Shown here: piece after piece, positions 1 through 7,967 of the stretch
Numbering within the stretch: the first letter of the stretch is position 1
How the letters are laid out: every line of letters begins with the position of its first letter
IMG/VR virus record: IMGVR_UViG_3300013132_004380
DNA from: an uncultured virus (IMG/VR IMGVR_UViG_3300013132_004380)
Taxonomy: Duplodnaviria; Heunggongvirae; Uroviricota; Caudoviricetes
Length of the DNA stretch: 20,000 nucleotides
Reading direction: 5' to 3' (one strand)
Made by a program: the position numbers and the translations under genes
The notes under the pieces: model-generated
Seen by the model: only the letters and a program-made list of their open reading frames with translations
Told to the model about the DNA's origin: nothing
The model's database searches: none

Positions 1-570
1 AATACCATTTAAAAATAGTTGAATTATACCATCTCTGATTATCCATGTATCCATTTGCAATTTCCAATTACTGTCATACAAATGATTTATAAAATATTTA
101 ATTGCTAGTTGAGTAGATTTATCTATCTTACTAGATCTGTAAGGGTGATCATAATTTTCAGCAAGACTAAAAATTGTTTCACAGATCATATTATATTCTT
201 TATTGTTATAATTTATATTTTTCATCCCGTCTTGAGGTCTATAACCATTCTGAATACTATTATTTTGCAGATGATTTTGTAAGTCTGATCCCCAACCTTT
301 ATTTTCATTAGCAGGCGCAACATAAGGTGCCGCCGAAGCAGGAATTTCCATTCTATCATGAAAAGTGGGGGCAATTATTGCAAAGTCAGGTCGTTGCCTG
401 ATTACTTCATCTATCATAATCCTGATCCCACCGTTGCTAACACCTTGTCTTGCTAAATGAACTAAATCCCAATCCAATTTTTTAGCTAACAACTCGCCAT
501 AACTAGTGCCCGGTAGTGAGGCACTAGGTGCGCTAAAACTACAGCCACAGATGATAAGTTTCTTTTTCAT
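1..570 (-). CDS. SGNH/GDSL-hydrolase-like phage protein (3' end runs off the window)
   Basis: Not in the ORF track. My translation from ATG 570 is open to position 1: MKKKLIICGCSFSAPS...LARQGVSNGGIRIMIDE... The GCSFS and GxSN motifs resemble SGNH blocks I and II. The start overlaps the upstream stop (TAATG). Confidence 0.65.
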   Translation of the reverse strand, partial: MKKKLIICGCSFSAPSASLPGTSYGELLAKKLDWDLVHLARQGVSNGGIRIMIDEVIRQRPDFAIIAPTFHDRMEIPASAAPYVAPANENKGWGSDLQNHLQNNSIQNGYRPQDGMKNINYNNKEYNMICETIFSLAENYDHPYRSSKIDKSTQLAIKYFINHLYDSNWKLQMDTWIIRDGIIQLFLNGI

Positions 571-1073
571 TACCATGCTTTAGAAAAGTTAACTACTTCG
601 CACTGACGACTAATATCTTTGACAAAGTAAACACATAACGGTTTAGGTCGATCAGTTTCCAAAGGTACTGCTAACAATTGCCCAGGTTTCAGTTTAGGAA
701 AATACCATTTAACATCTTGATAGATGTCAATTACTTCAACTGGAAAAAACTCTGGACGAAAACTGCCCAAGGGATTAAAAGCAAACGCACTAAATCCTCT
801 GTCATTAATTGATGTTAATGGAACAACTTCTAAATCTCCCGAATCAGGCTCACCGATTAATAGTTGCCAATCTAAAGGCATTTTTACTACGTGATCGCCA
901 ATTCGTAAAACCAATGCAGGACTGTTAAAACTTTCTAAAAAAATCAAAGGAATAAAAAAGTAGTCTGGATTTTTTGCGTCACTGTTATCTAATACACAAA
1001 ATCTAACGTCATCTACTTCTTCGGGAATTTCACTAAGTTCGTATGATGTGTTGTCGAGAGTTAACAAGCGCAG
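570..1073 (-). CDS. conserved hypothetical phage protein; probable CTG start
   Basis: 165-aa ORF in the track (TTG 1067). AAGGAG at 1085-1080 lies 6 nt before an in-frame CTG at 1073, giving MRLLTLDN... Confidence 0.7.
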   Translation of the reverse strand: MRLLTLDNTSYELSEIPEEVDDVRFCVLDNSDAKNPDYFFIPLIFLESFNSPALVLRIGDHVVKMPLDWQLLIGEPDSGDLEVVPLTSINDRGFSAFAFNPLGSFRPEFFPVEVIDIYQDVKWYFPKLKPGQLLAVPLETDRPKPLCVYFVKDISRQCEVVNFSKAW

Positions 1074-1101
1074 AATAATCTCCTTTTGTATAAAGAAAAA
1101 T

Positions 1102-1153
1102 GCTAGTCACGATATTTGCCGTATCCACTAGCTCTAACGATTATTAAGGAATC
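1102..1153 (+). promoter_or_regulatory. structured leader of the homing endonuclease gene, with an SD-containing hairpin
   Basis: GCTAGT 1102-1107 pairs with ACTAGC 1127-1132, with inner GATA/TATC. GATT 1139-1142 and AATC 1150-1153 enclose TAAGG ahead of ATG 1161. Confidence 0.45.
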
Positions 1154-1160
1154 ATCAGCA

Positions 1161-1997
1161 ATGTATTTACAAAACAAATATACTAATTGGTATAATAACA
1201 TTATTGCTAATGCAATGTCAAGGATATTACCAAAAGAAACATATACCGAAAAACATCATATTATACCAAGAAGTTTGGGCGGTGATAATTCAGACGAAAA
1301 TCTGATTAGATTGACCGCCCGGGAACATTTTTTATGTCATTTGCTATTACCAAAAATGCTCAGTGGTGTTGCTAAAAGAAATATGACTTTTGCTATTTGG
1401 TCCATGTTAAACAGGGACCATTCTAGACAACGATCTAGACACAAAGTTAATTCACACACATATAGCCGTCTCAAAATTCAAATCGCTCAAGCTTCTTCTG
1501 AATTACACAAAGGTAAGTCTAAATCAGAAGAAACTAAAAGGAAAATTTCTGAAAAGGCAAAAGGACGAGTTTCACCTAATAAAGGAAAGCCAATGACTGC
1601 CGAACAACGAGAAAAACTTTCAATTGCACATAAAGGCAAAACTATTTCTCCCATCGTTGTTGCAAAGATATTAGAATCACGAAAACATTACACACACTCA
1701 GAAGAAACAAAACAAAAAATAGGCAGAGCACACAAAGGAAAAACTCAAATAGTCTCCGAAGAAACCAAACAAAAAATTTCTAATTCGCTGAAAGGTAGAC
1801 CAAATCATAATAAAGGAAAACCTGCCTACAACTTGGGAATTTCTCATACAGACGAAACTATAAAAAAGTTGCAGTTAGCAGCGCAAAATAGAGAAAGACT
1901 TACTTGTATTCATTGCGGTAAATCTGCACCTAAATGTAGCTTTACACGATGGCACGGTGATAATTGCAAACACAAATATTCAACTCTGCCACTCTAA
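1161..1997 (+). CDS. HNH homing endonuclease with NUMOD3 repeats (free-standing, selfish element)
   Basis: HNH motif EKHHIIPRSLGG...NLIRLTAREHFLCHLLL, several NUMOD3-like repeats (KSEETKRKIS, HSEETKQKIG, VSEETKQKIS) and a C-terminal CIHCGK...RWHGDNC. ATG 1161 follows AAGGA. It is the only credible plus-strand gene. Confidence 0.9.
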   Translation: MYLQNKYTNWYNNIIANAMSRILPKETYTEKHHIIPRSLGGDNSDENLIRLTAREHFLCHLLLPKMLSGVAKRNMTFAIWSMLNRDHSRQRSRHKVNSHTYSRLKIQIAQASSELHKGKSKSEETKRKISEKAKGRVSPNKGKPMTAEQREKLSIAHKGKTISPIVVAKILESRKHYTHSEETKQKIGRAHKGKTQIVSEETKQKISNSLKGRPNHNKGKPAYNLGISHTDETIKKLQLAAQNRERLTCIHCGKSAPKCSFTRWHGDNCKHKYSTLPL

Positions 1998-3422
1998 TTT
2001 TTCTACACTAAAAGGATAGCGAGCTTCTTTATAAAAAGCCCGCCTTTTAGTTAAATGTCTTTTTGCAAATTTACAGGTGCTGGTTAAGTCCCAAATTTCT
2101 ACATGGTCTTTATCTGCAGCTTTTCTAATACCTCGCCCAATGCTTTGTATGACCCTAACAAAGCTCTTTCCGGGCTCCAAAAGAACCAGATTAAAAATCC
2201 TAGGGATATTAATACCCACAGCGGCCACACCATAAGTCGCCACAATAACCTTGTCATTTGAAATTTCAATTTCGTCATATTCTTCTTTGCGGTTTTTTGC
2301 TTTCGTAGCACCACTTACAAATACTGCATTATTAATTTTGGCGGCTAGTTGTTTACCGGGATCTACCCGATCTACTAAGATTAGTGTGTTGCCAGACTCA
2401 GCGATCTTATTTACTAAAGTTGCAATGAAGTCCAATCTTTCTTCTGTTTCTAACAAATATCGTAATTCATCTTGGTAGTTTTTGTATTCTACATAATCTA
2501 CTAATTGCACCACATTAACATGACAGTCACTGAGATGTCCGGCTTCTTGTAGTTCACTGGCACTTAATCGACCTACTACTTGACCGATGCAGCACACTAA
2601 CGCCTGTCTTGCATAGTCCTCTTTGGGAACTGTTCCGGTTAGTCCCCAACGAATTGGTACCTGCGCAAATATTCCACTTAACAGTGTTTTCAATGCGTCT
2701 GCTTTAGCACTGTGTGCCTCGTCCACCATGACACAGATCACCCCTTCAACAAAATCGTGAATAGTTACATCTGTTTCATAGTTCTTTGTGTTTTTCAACA
2801 ATGCATTCAAGCTTTGCCAAGTACAGATTGTGTGTGTTTTAGTATACTCTTTTCTATCACCATACAATACACCCACATCCAGTCCCATGGTTTTGTAGTC
2901 AGTTTCGGTCTGTGTTACTAAGCTTTTGCTAGGCACAATAACAATGCTGCGTCCCAGATGTTGCACACTTGCACTTAATGCAGCAGTCATAATTGTTTTA
3001 CCTGCGCCAGTAGCTACTTCTTGTATGCATTGGGGTGTGGATAAAAATCTGTTTACAATTTCAACTTGATAATCTCTGAGCACTATAGGTTTACCGTCAG
3101 GCCATTGACGGTGAGAAAAAGTAGTTTCCGACACCTGTGCTAGTTCTAGTACTGTACTGTATGTTCTTTGATCATCAATGTCAACATCATACCCCCGTTC
3201 ATCTAAGTATGGAAGAATATCTGGCAAAAGATTGATGTACGTGGTACCTCCGAGGTTAAAAAATGCCACCTTACCGTCCCACCTACCTAAACGCACTGCC
3301 GGTAGATATTTTGCACCAGGTATGTCGTACTTAAATTTGTTAACTAGATTTTTACGATCAGAAAGATCTAACCCTTCTAGCTTAACGTTGACTTCATCTC
3401 GAATTATTAATTTACATTTCAT
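1980..3422 (-). CDS. uvsW: UvsW-like superfamily 2 DNA helicase
   Basis: LRDYQ Q-motif, ATGAGKT Walker A, DEAH, GLTGT and QSIGRGIR motif VI. The N-terminal GRWDGK resembles T4 UvsW. ATG 3422 overlaps the upstream stop (ATGA). Confidence 0.88.
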   Translation of the reverse strand: MKCKLIIRDEVNVKLEGLDLSDRKNLVNKFKYDIPGAKYLPAVRLGRWDGKVAFFNLGGTTYINLLPDILPYLDERGYDVDIDDQRTYSTVLELAQVSETTFSHRQWPDGKPIVLRDYQVEIVNRFLSTPQCIQEVATGAGKTIMTAALSASVQHLGRSIVIVPSKSLVTQTETDYKTMGLDVGVLYGDRKEYTKTHTICTWQSLNALLKNTKNYETDVTIHDFVEGVICVMVDEAHSAKADALKTLLSGIFAQVPIRWGLTGTVPKEDYARQALVCCIGQVVGRLSASELQEAGHLSDCHVNVVQLVDYVEYKNYQDELRYLLETEERLDFIATLVNKIAESGNTLILVDRVDPGKQLAAKINNAVFVSGATKAKNRKEEYDEIEISNDKVIVATYGVAAVGINIPRIFNLVLLEPGKSFVRVIQSIGRGIRKAADKDHVEIWDLTSTCKFAKRHLTKRRAFYKEARYPFSVEKLEWQS

Positions 3423-4456
3423 TCTAGTATAATGGTCTTTTCTGCTTTTGCTAACCAATTTTGTTTTTTCGGTCCTATCATCATTGCTGTGTTAGAAATT
3501 AACAATTTAGGTTCAATATCAAAGCTTGTAGTTTTATTCAGGTATCGAATTTCGTCTGTATCAGTCTGACTCGGACCAGTGTCGTACACATACACAGGTA
3601 TCCTGTGTGTCAATTTTGCATACATTAAAAGTTGTTTTAAAGAAGTAGTCTGTTTTGATAAAGTAATTTGTCTACTACAAAAAATTTTATAAAATTCAGG
3701 ATATTGCTGTTTAATTATTGCCTGCAACTCATCACTAACAGTATAACCTAAAACAGGGGCATTGTCTACTAATAGTAAAAGATTTTCTTTAGCAAATCCA
3801 CCAAGATTAGTTTCAATGTAATCTGTCAGACTTAGTTCACCGTTTTCTATATAAAGAAAATCATTCCTTTGTATAAGTTCGATTTGATATTGACTTTGTT
3901 CTACTTCTATCAATTGATTATAAAGTTCTTTAACTTCGTCAGCAACGTCAAATTGATTAGCTGTGGCTAAAGTCATAGTCCAATTCAGCATAGGCTCAGT
4001 CAACGACAATGTCCACAATTTAGTGTCATGGTCGAATTCGGATCCACCGTGACTTTCTTTAGTGTACTTTCTGACAACGGTCAATAATTTTGTATCGTAT
4101 GGAAATTTTAAAATTAATTTATCATTTTCTATATACAGTCTTTTAGTTCTGTCAATTTGACGAATGCCGTACTTAAAATTTGTCAAGCTTTGGGGAATAA
4201 TAACGCCAATGCTGCCAAGTTGCCTTACATATTTTTTAACCAGAGTAACAGCCAGTTCTGCCTGTTTGTCCGTATATGCTCTGTTTAATTCACTGGTTTG
4301 TGTTGCCAAACTTTCGATTATTTTAACATCATATCTGGCTAAACTTATTGGGGGTTCCAGCTTTTCAAAAAACATCAAAGTCCTGTTATTGGCCGAACGT
4401 AGTCCAGCAATAAATTCTATGTAATCTTCAATGTAAGGAAAAGTTGCACTTTGCAT
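3419..4456 (-). CDS. hypothetical phage protein, coupled to the helicase gene
   Basis: 345-aa ORF. Its stop overlaps the helicase start and it has its own promoter. No motif recognised with confidence. Confidence 0.75.
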   Translation of the reverse strand: MQSATFPYIEDYIEFIAGLRSANNRTLMFFEKLEPPISLARYDVKIIESLATQTSELNRAYTDKQAELAVTLVKKYVRQLGSIGVIIPQSLTNFKYGIRQIDRTKRLYIENDKLILKFPYDTKLLTVVRKYTKESHGGSEFDHDTKLWTLSLTEPMLNWTMTLATANQFDVADEVKELYNQLIEVEQSQYQIELIQRNDFLYIENGELSLTDYIETNLGGFAKENLLLLVDNAPVLGYTVSDELQAIIKQQYPEFYKIFCSRQITLSKQTTSLKQLLMYAKLTHRIPVYVYDTGPSQTDTDEIRYLNKTTSFDIEPKLLISNTAMMIGPKKQNWLAKAEKTIILE

Positions 4457-4463
4457 TTTTACA

Positions 4464-4492
4464 ATTATACATTGTTCTTTTCACAAAGTCAA
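4464..4492 (-). promoter_or_regulatory. sigma70-type promoter, probably giving a leaderless mRNA
   Basis: TTGACT(4492-4487)-17 nt-TATAAT(4469-4464) with extended TG. Only 7 nt separate it from ATG 4456 and there is no SD. Confidence 0.7.
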
Positions 4493-5010
4493 AAAAGTTC
4501 ATTCATTATTTTAATAGCGTAATCGAATGCAATGTCGGCTTCAGCGGCCATGCTATCGTCGCACTTGGCTCTTATAAATGCTATCAAATTGTCTCTGTCA
4601 TCAAATTGTAATGCCAAATTGTTGCCAGGAGTTAACTTTCTTATCATTTGCCCACCGTATAAATCTCCCATATGCCAAACATACATATGGGCAATAATTT
4701 TGACCGGTTTCTTTTCTAATGTTTGCAAATAATTATAGTAATCAAGTGTCGATGATTTAAAATTGTAAGGGCTGCCTTTGCTTAATTCTATAAAATCTTG
4801 ATACAATAAAAAAGCTCTGTAAATGCAAGGTTGTTGATTGAATCCACAGTATGCCCCAGCAAGTCCTTCTAGCAGTTTGTAGAACAACCATTTTTGGTAA
4901 ATGAAATCTGTCCACACTTCAGTCGGTAATTGTTTTTGTATCACTGCCTGCATGAACCTTGTTTGTTCTGCTTCGCGATGTTTGTTTAATGTTAGTTCTT
5001 TTAGGCTCAT
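4489..5010 (-). CDS. heme oxygenase (biliverdin-producing type)
   Basis: LKELTLNKHREAE (proximal His) and the distal-helix motif AHMYVWHMGDLYGGQMI. Confidence 0.88.
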   Translation of the reverse strand: MSLKELTLNKHREAEQTRFMQAVIQKQLPTEVWTDFIYQKWLFYKLLEGLAGAYCGFNQQPCIYRAFLLYQDFIELSKGSPYNFKSSTLDYYNYLQTLEKKPVKIIAHMYVWHMGDLYGGQMIRKLTPGNNLALQFDDRDNLIAFIRAKCDDSMAAEADIAFDYAIKIMNELF

Positions 5011-5036
5011 ACTGTTACTTATCCAGAATTTCAGTC

Positions 5037-5066
5037 AAAAAAATACCCCGCTTGAGCAGGGGTATT
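5037..5066 (-). terminator. intrinsic terminator after the AAA ATPase gene
   Basis: AATACCCC-TGC-TCAA-GC-GGGGTATT followed by a T-run on the minus strand. Confidence 0.8.
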
Positions 5067-5124
5067 GTAATTATCGAAACAGGACTTATTGACGTTGCCT
5101 GTTACGCACACGGCAGGGGTAATC

Positions 5125-6165
5125 TTATGCGGCCTTCATGCAAGTCGTTTCTGCCATACGCTGCCAACGAAGCGGAAAGCTCTTACGCAAGTCTGCAATC
5201 TTAAGTGCCATACGCAGACTCATTTCACGCAAACGACTAGCATTAGTATGCATGAACTCCAACAGTTCGTCTTGTTCAACTTGTCCAAAATCATAATCTT
5301 GAAACAGAACACCATCTTGCGCAATCTGCTTAATACGCAGGAACTTGTCACGCATACTGTCCAAAGTCAGATCCAAATAGTGGCAACGACTTTGCAGTGC
5401 ATCCAAATGGTCACGAAGTTTCTGCGACTTCATTTGATCAAACTTAAGGTTGGTGATGAAGATTACACTGCCTTTGAAATCGAAACTATCGGGCACACCC
5501 TCACGACGCAGCATGTGGCTGTCTGACAGCCAACTAATCTTACGCTTCTTGCCGGAGTCCAGCGCGCCTTTAAGCAGGTTAAGACTAACGTCGTCGAGCA
5601 GAATGCTGTCGCAGTCATCAAACACCAGTACGCAATTGGGATCGCTGTACTTGTACAGAGTGCAATACAGACCCAACGCTGTTGCACTGCCTTTGACAAC
5701 TTCGGCCCGCAGTTTCTTGCCACTGATTTGATCAAACAAGCAGGCTTTCTCGACTTCTTGCTCAACACCGTGGCTCTTGCCTACTCCGGGGGGACCCGAA
5801 ACAATCATAGCACGGATATCGCCAGTAGTGGCAGCTTTGGTCATTTCCGTAAGGATATCGAAACGCTCACGGATACGGGTCATAACTTCTTCGTCAGTTT
5901 CCTGTTTTGCAGGAATAACTTCTTGGGTCACAGTGTCCTCATTGGAATCGATAACATCGTTACGGCCCACAAAAGTGTAAGCCCTGGGGCCAGCTACATT
6001 GATACGAATAGTCTCGGGCATGTTAGGGAAAGTGCCTCCATTACGCACAGTAACAAACGAACTCTTGCCAGTGCTCTTGAACTTTTCAACAAGTTCAAAG
6101 GTCATGCCAGCCACGCTTTTGTTGCGATAGGAGCCTTCAACAAAACGAACAATGGATTTAGCCAT
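5125..6165 (-). CDS. AAA+/P-loop ATPase (early gene)
   Basis: Walker A GPPGVGKS, Walker B VLVFDDCD, IFITN sensor-1-like motif and ALQSRC arginine finger. SD GAGGA and an upstream promoter cassette are present. Confidence 0.85.
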   Translation of the reverse strand: MAKSIVRFVEGSYRNKSVAGMTFELVEKFKSTGKSSFVTVRNGGTFPNMPETIRINVAGPRAYTFVGRNDVIDSNEDTVTQEVIPAKQETDEEVMTRIRERFDILTEMTKAATTGDIRAMIVSGPPGVGKSHGVEQEVEKACLFDQISGKKLRAEVVKGSATALGLYCTLYKYSDPNCVLVFDDCDSILLDDVSLNLLKGALDSGKKRKISWLSDSHMLRREGVPDSFDFKGSVIFITNLKFDQMKSQKLRDHLDALQSRCHYLDLTLDSMRDKFLRIKQIAQDGVLFQDYDFGQVEQDELLEFMHTNASRLREMSLRMALKIADLRKSFPLRWQRMAETTCMKAA

Positions 6166-6177
6166 TTCAGTCCTCAG

Positions 6178-6234
6178 TTGGATTAGTTACTATACCAATA
6201 TTATACGAAATATTAGAATATTTGTCAACCAAAT
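6178..6234 (-). promoter_or_regulatory. early promoter cassette, copy 1
   Basis: TTGACA(6228-6223)-AATATTCTAATATTTCG-TATAAT(6205-6200), then ATTGGTATAGTAACTAATCCAA. Confidence 0.9.
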
Positions 6235-6902
6235 TACAGGGATTTGACAAAGTTTACAGTGGTAACTTTAGCCCCATTGTGATAGCGACTTTGTTCTGTA
6301 CGCTTGATTTTGGCAGTGTAGACACCGTTTTGGGTGCAGTCTTGTTTACTGGTAAAGAAACTGATAAGATTGCCCCGATCATCTTTACCGTTAACAGACC
6401 AGCAGTTGAACTGGTCGCTCCAACGTGAAGTCATCACAGTAAGGGAGAATTTAATCTTTTCGCCGTTTTTGCCAAGGTATTCGCTGATTTGGCTCAGCCC
6501 AGCAATTTCTTCGTCCCGTTGCTGTCTTGCACGGATCTGTCCTGCCAGACTGGGAAGGAATGCCATCAACCCTGCGTCCTTCATCGTGCATTCTGCACCT
6601 TTAATCAAATTGGACATAGTGTTTTGGAAGTCGCTGACAGTTTGATTTTTAAGAATACGCATAACCAGATCCTGGGTCAGCAACTCAATTGCTTGGGCAG
6701 CATCTGCACGATCCTGATCTGTTATTGTAAGATTACAGTCAAGCATAAGAACTTTATTGGGAGTAACTGCGATTACAGCATCTTTTTCTTTGTCAAAGAA
6801 TGACGTGTCTTTGTGAACTTGATCATTGTTTTTGCGGAAAGCAGCAAAAGCAAGAGCAGCAAGATCTTGGGTAGCAATCTTCACAGGGGTGTAGCGGGCC
6901 AT
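6234..6902 (-). CDS. hypothetical protein; C-terminal region is possibly OB-fold-like
   Basis: 222-aa ORF with SD AAGGA. The beta-rich C-terminus (YLGKNGEKIKFSLTV...TTVNFVK) suggests an OB fold, which is inference only. Confidence 0.7.
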   Translation of the reverse strand: MARYTPVKIATQDLAALAFAAFRKNNDQVHKDTSFFDKEKDAVIAVTPNKVLMLDCNLTITDQDRADAAQAIELLTQDLVMRILKNQTVSDFQNTMSNLIKGAECTMKDAGLMAFLPSLAGQIRARQQRDEEIAGLSQISEYLGKNGEKIKFSLTVMTSRWSDQFNCWSVNGKDDRGNLISFFTSKQDCTQNGVYTAKIKRTEQSRYHNGAKVTTVNFVKSL

Positions 6903-6914
6903 GTCGTTCCTTGA

Positions 6915-6971
6915 TTGGATTAGTTACTATACCAATATTATAAGAAATATTGGATTATTTGTCAACCAAAT
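6915..6971 (-). promoter_or_regulatory. early promoter cassette, copy 2
   Basis: TTGACA(6965-6960)-AATAATCCAATATTTCT-TATAAT(6942-6937). It has the same 22-nt downstream leader as copy 1. Confidence 0.9.
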
Positions 6972-7209
6972 CAACTTGAAATTCGATGCGTTCTTGTTGC
7001 ATGTTTTCGTTGTAGAACGTGGTGCTGGAAGCAAAACCACGGATCCTTTCACGACTAATACGCTCAAGGGCTTGCCAAACTGCGACCCGTTGGGCTGTGA
7101 AACACATTTCTGTCATGCCCTGCACAGTTGTCGTAAAGCCAACCCCATTGACAATAATACGAATCTTTTGGCTGTTATTCAAACCTTCGATGATACGCTT
7201 TTGACGCAT
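6955..7209 (-). CDS. hypothetical protein (early)
   Basis: 84-aa ORF lying between two promoter cassettes. Its last codons (LVDK*) are inside cassette 2. Confidence 0.7.
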   Translation of the reverse strand: MRQKRIIEGLNNSQKIRIIVNGVGFTTTVQGMTEMCFTAQRVAVWQALERISRERIRGFASSTTFYNENMQQERIEFQVDLVDK

Positions 7210-7226
7210 GTTTTACACCGTGTTGT

Positions 7227-7275
7227 TTACTATACCAATATTGTATCGAAATATTGAATATTTGTCAACCAAATT
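7227..7275 (-). promoter_or_regulatory. early promoter cassette, copy 3
   Basis: TTGACA(7268-7263)-AATATTCAATATTTCGA-TACAAT(7245-7240), then ATTGGTATAGTAA. Confidence 0.85.
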
Positions 7276-7459
7276 TTAAAAGATAGGCAGTGTATTCAGC
7301 AGGGGTGTTGGGCTTACTGTAACTATCGTGGCTTACTAAATCAAAGCAATCACCACAAAAATATCCTGTTACACCAAAATAATTTTGCAAGTTCCAAAAT
7401 TGTTTTTCTTTTGTAGTGTTTTCCATCCCGCAGACTTTACAATTTCTATTAGAAGTCAT
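7265..7459 (-). CDS. small hypothetical protein with two CxxC pairs (possible zinc binder)
   Basis: 64 aa with CKVC and CGDC. It overlaps the stop of the HD gene and its own stop is within the -35 box of cassette 3. Confidence 0.6.
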   Translation of the reverse strand: MTSNRNCKVCGMENTTKEKQFWNLQNYFGVTGYFCGDCFDLVSHDSYSKPNTPAEYTAYLLKFG

Positions 7460-7907
7460 CTTTTACTTCCAGTCGCTGTTTAATTTCCATATAGAACTGC
7501 TGGTAACGAACCATGCGCTCTATGTCTTTTTCTTTAATGCCTTTAAGACGACGAATGTCGGTATTGTGACGCAGATCCGCCATCTTTACTTGCATAGCAT
7601 CTGGGTTGGCAAAAACAGATTCTTTGTATTCTCCGTAGGTCTGTCCAGGCTGTTTAGTTAGTGCTCGGATACCGGCAATAACACGCTCCGAAATGCCTGC
7701 GTCACGAAGTTCTTGATAAGTGACAGGGGTATCTTCAATTACATCATGCCCTAAAGCAATGCACATAAGTTCCTCATCGTCGGACTTGAGGTAATGCATT
7801 ACCTTGAGCGGATGTAAAATGTAAGGATTGCCACCTTTGTCAAACTGTCCAGCATGGGCATTAGTGGCAATAACTAACATCTTTCCTAACATAGTGCCTT
7901 TGGACAT
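7449..7907 (-). CDS. HD-domain small alarmone hydrolase (RelA/SpoT hydrolase domain, Mesh1-like)
   Basis: HAGQFDKGGNPYILHP, LGHDVIEDT and VKMADLRHN motifs. Start reassigned to ATG 7907 after AAGGA (152 aa). Confidence 0.85.
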   Translation of the reverse strand: MSKGTMLGKMLVIATNAHAGQFDKGGNPYILHPLKVMHYLKSDDEELMCIALGHDVIEDTPVTYQELRDAGISERVIAGIRALTKQPGQTYGEYKESVFANPDAMQVKMADLRHNTDIRRLKGIKEKDIERMVRYQQFYMEIKQRLEVKDDF

Positions 7908-7938
7908 TTTGTTTTCCTTATTGGAATTTCGTATTATT

Positions 7939-7967
7939 ACTATACAAAATATTCCAATATTTGTCAA
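7939..7967 (-). promoter_or_regulatory. early promoter, cassette variant 4
   Basis: TTGACA(7967-7962)-AATATTGGAATATTTTG-TATAGT(7944-7939). Confidence 0.8.

Noticed and set aside
1116..1160. TTG start extension of the HNH ORF
   Set aside because: The SD lies before ATG 1161, and the extension coincides with the structured leader.
6178..7275. CRISPR array or transposon ends for the ~57-bp repeats
   Set aside because: They are separated by whole genes of unequal length, contain exact -35/-10 boxes, and no cas or transposase gene is present.
7908..7967. N-terminal extension of the HD-domain ORF
   Set aside because: The TTG is the -35 box of the promoter. The SD supports ATG 7907.
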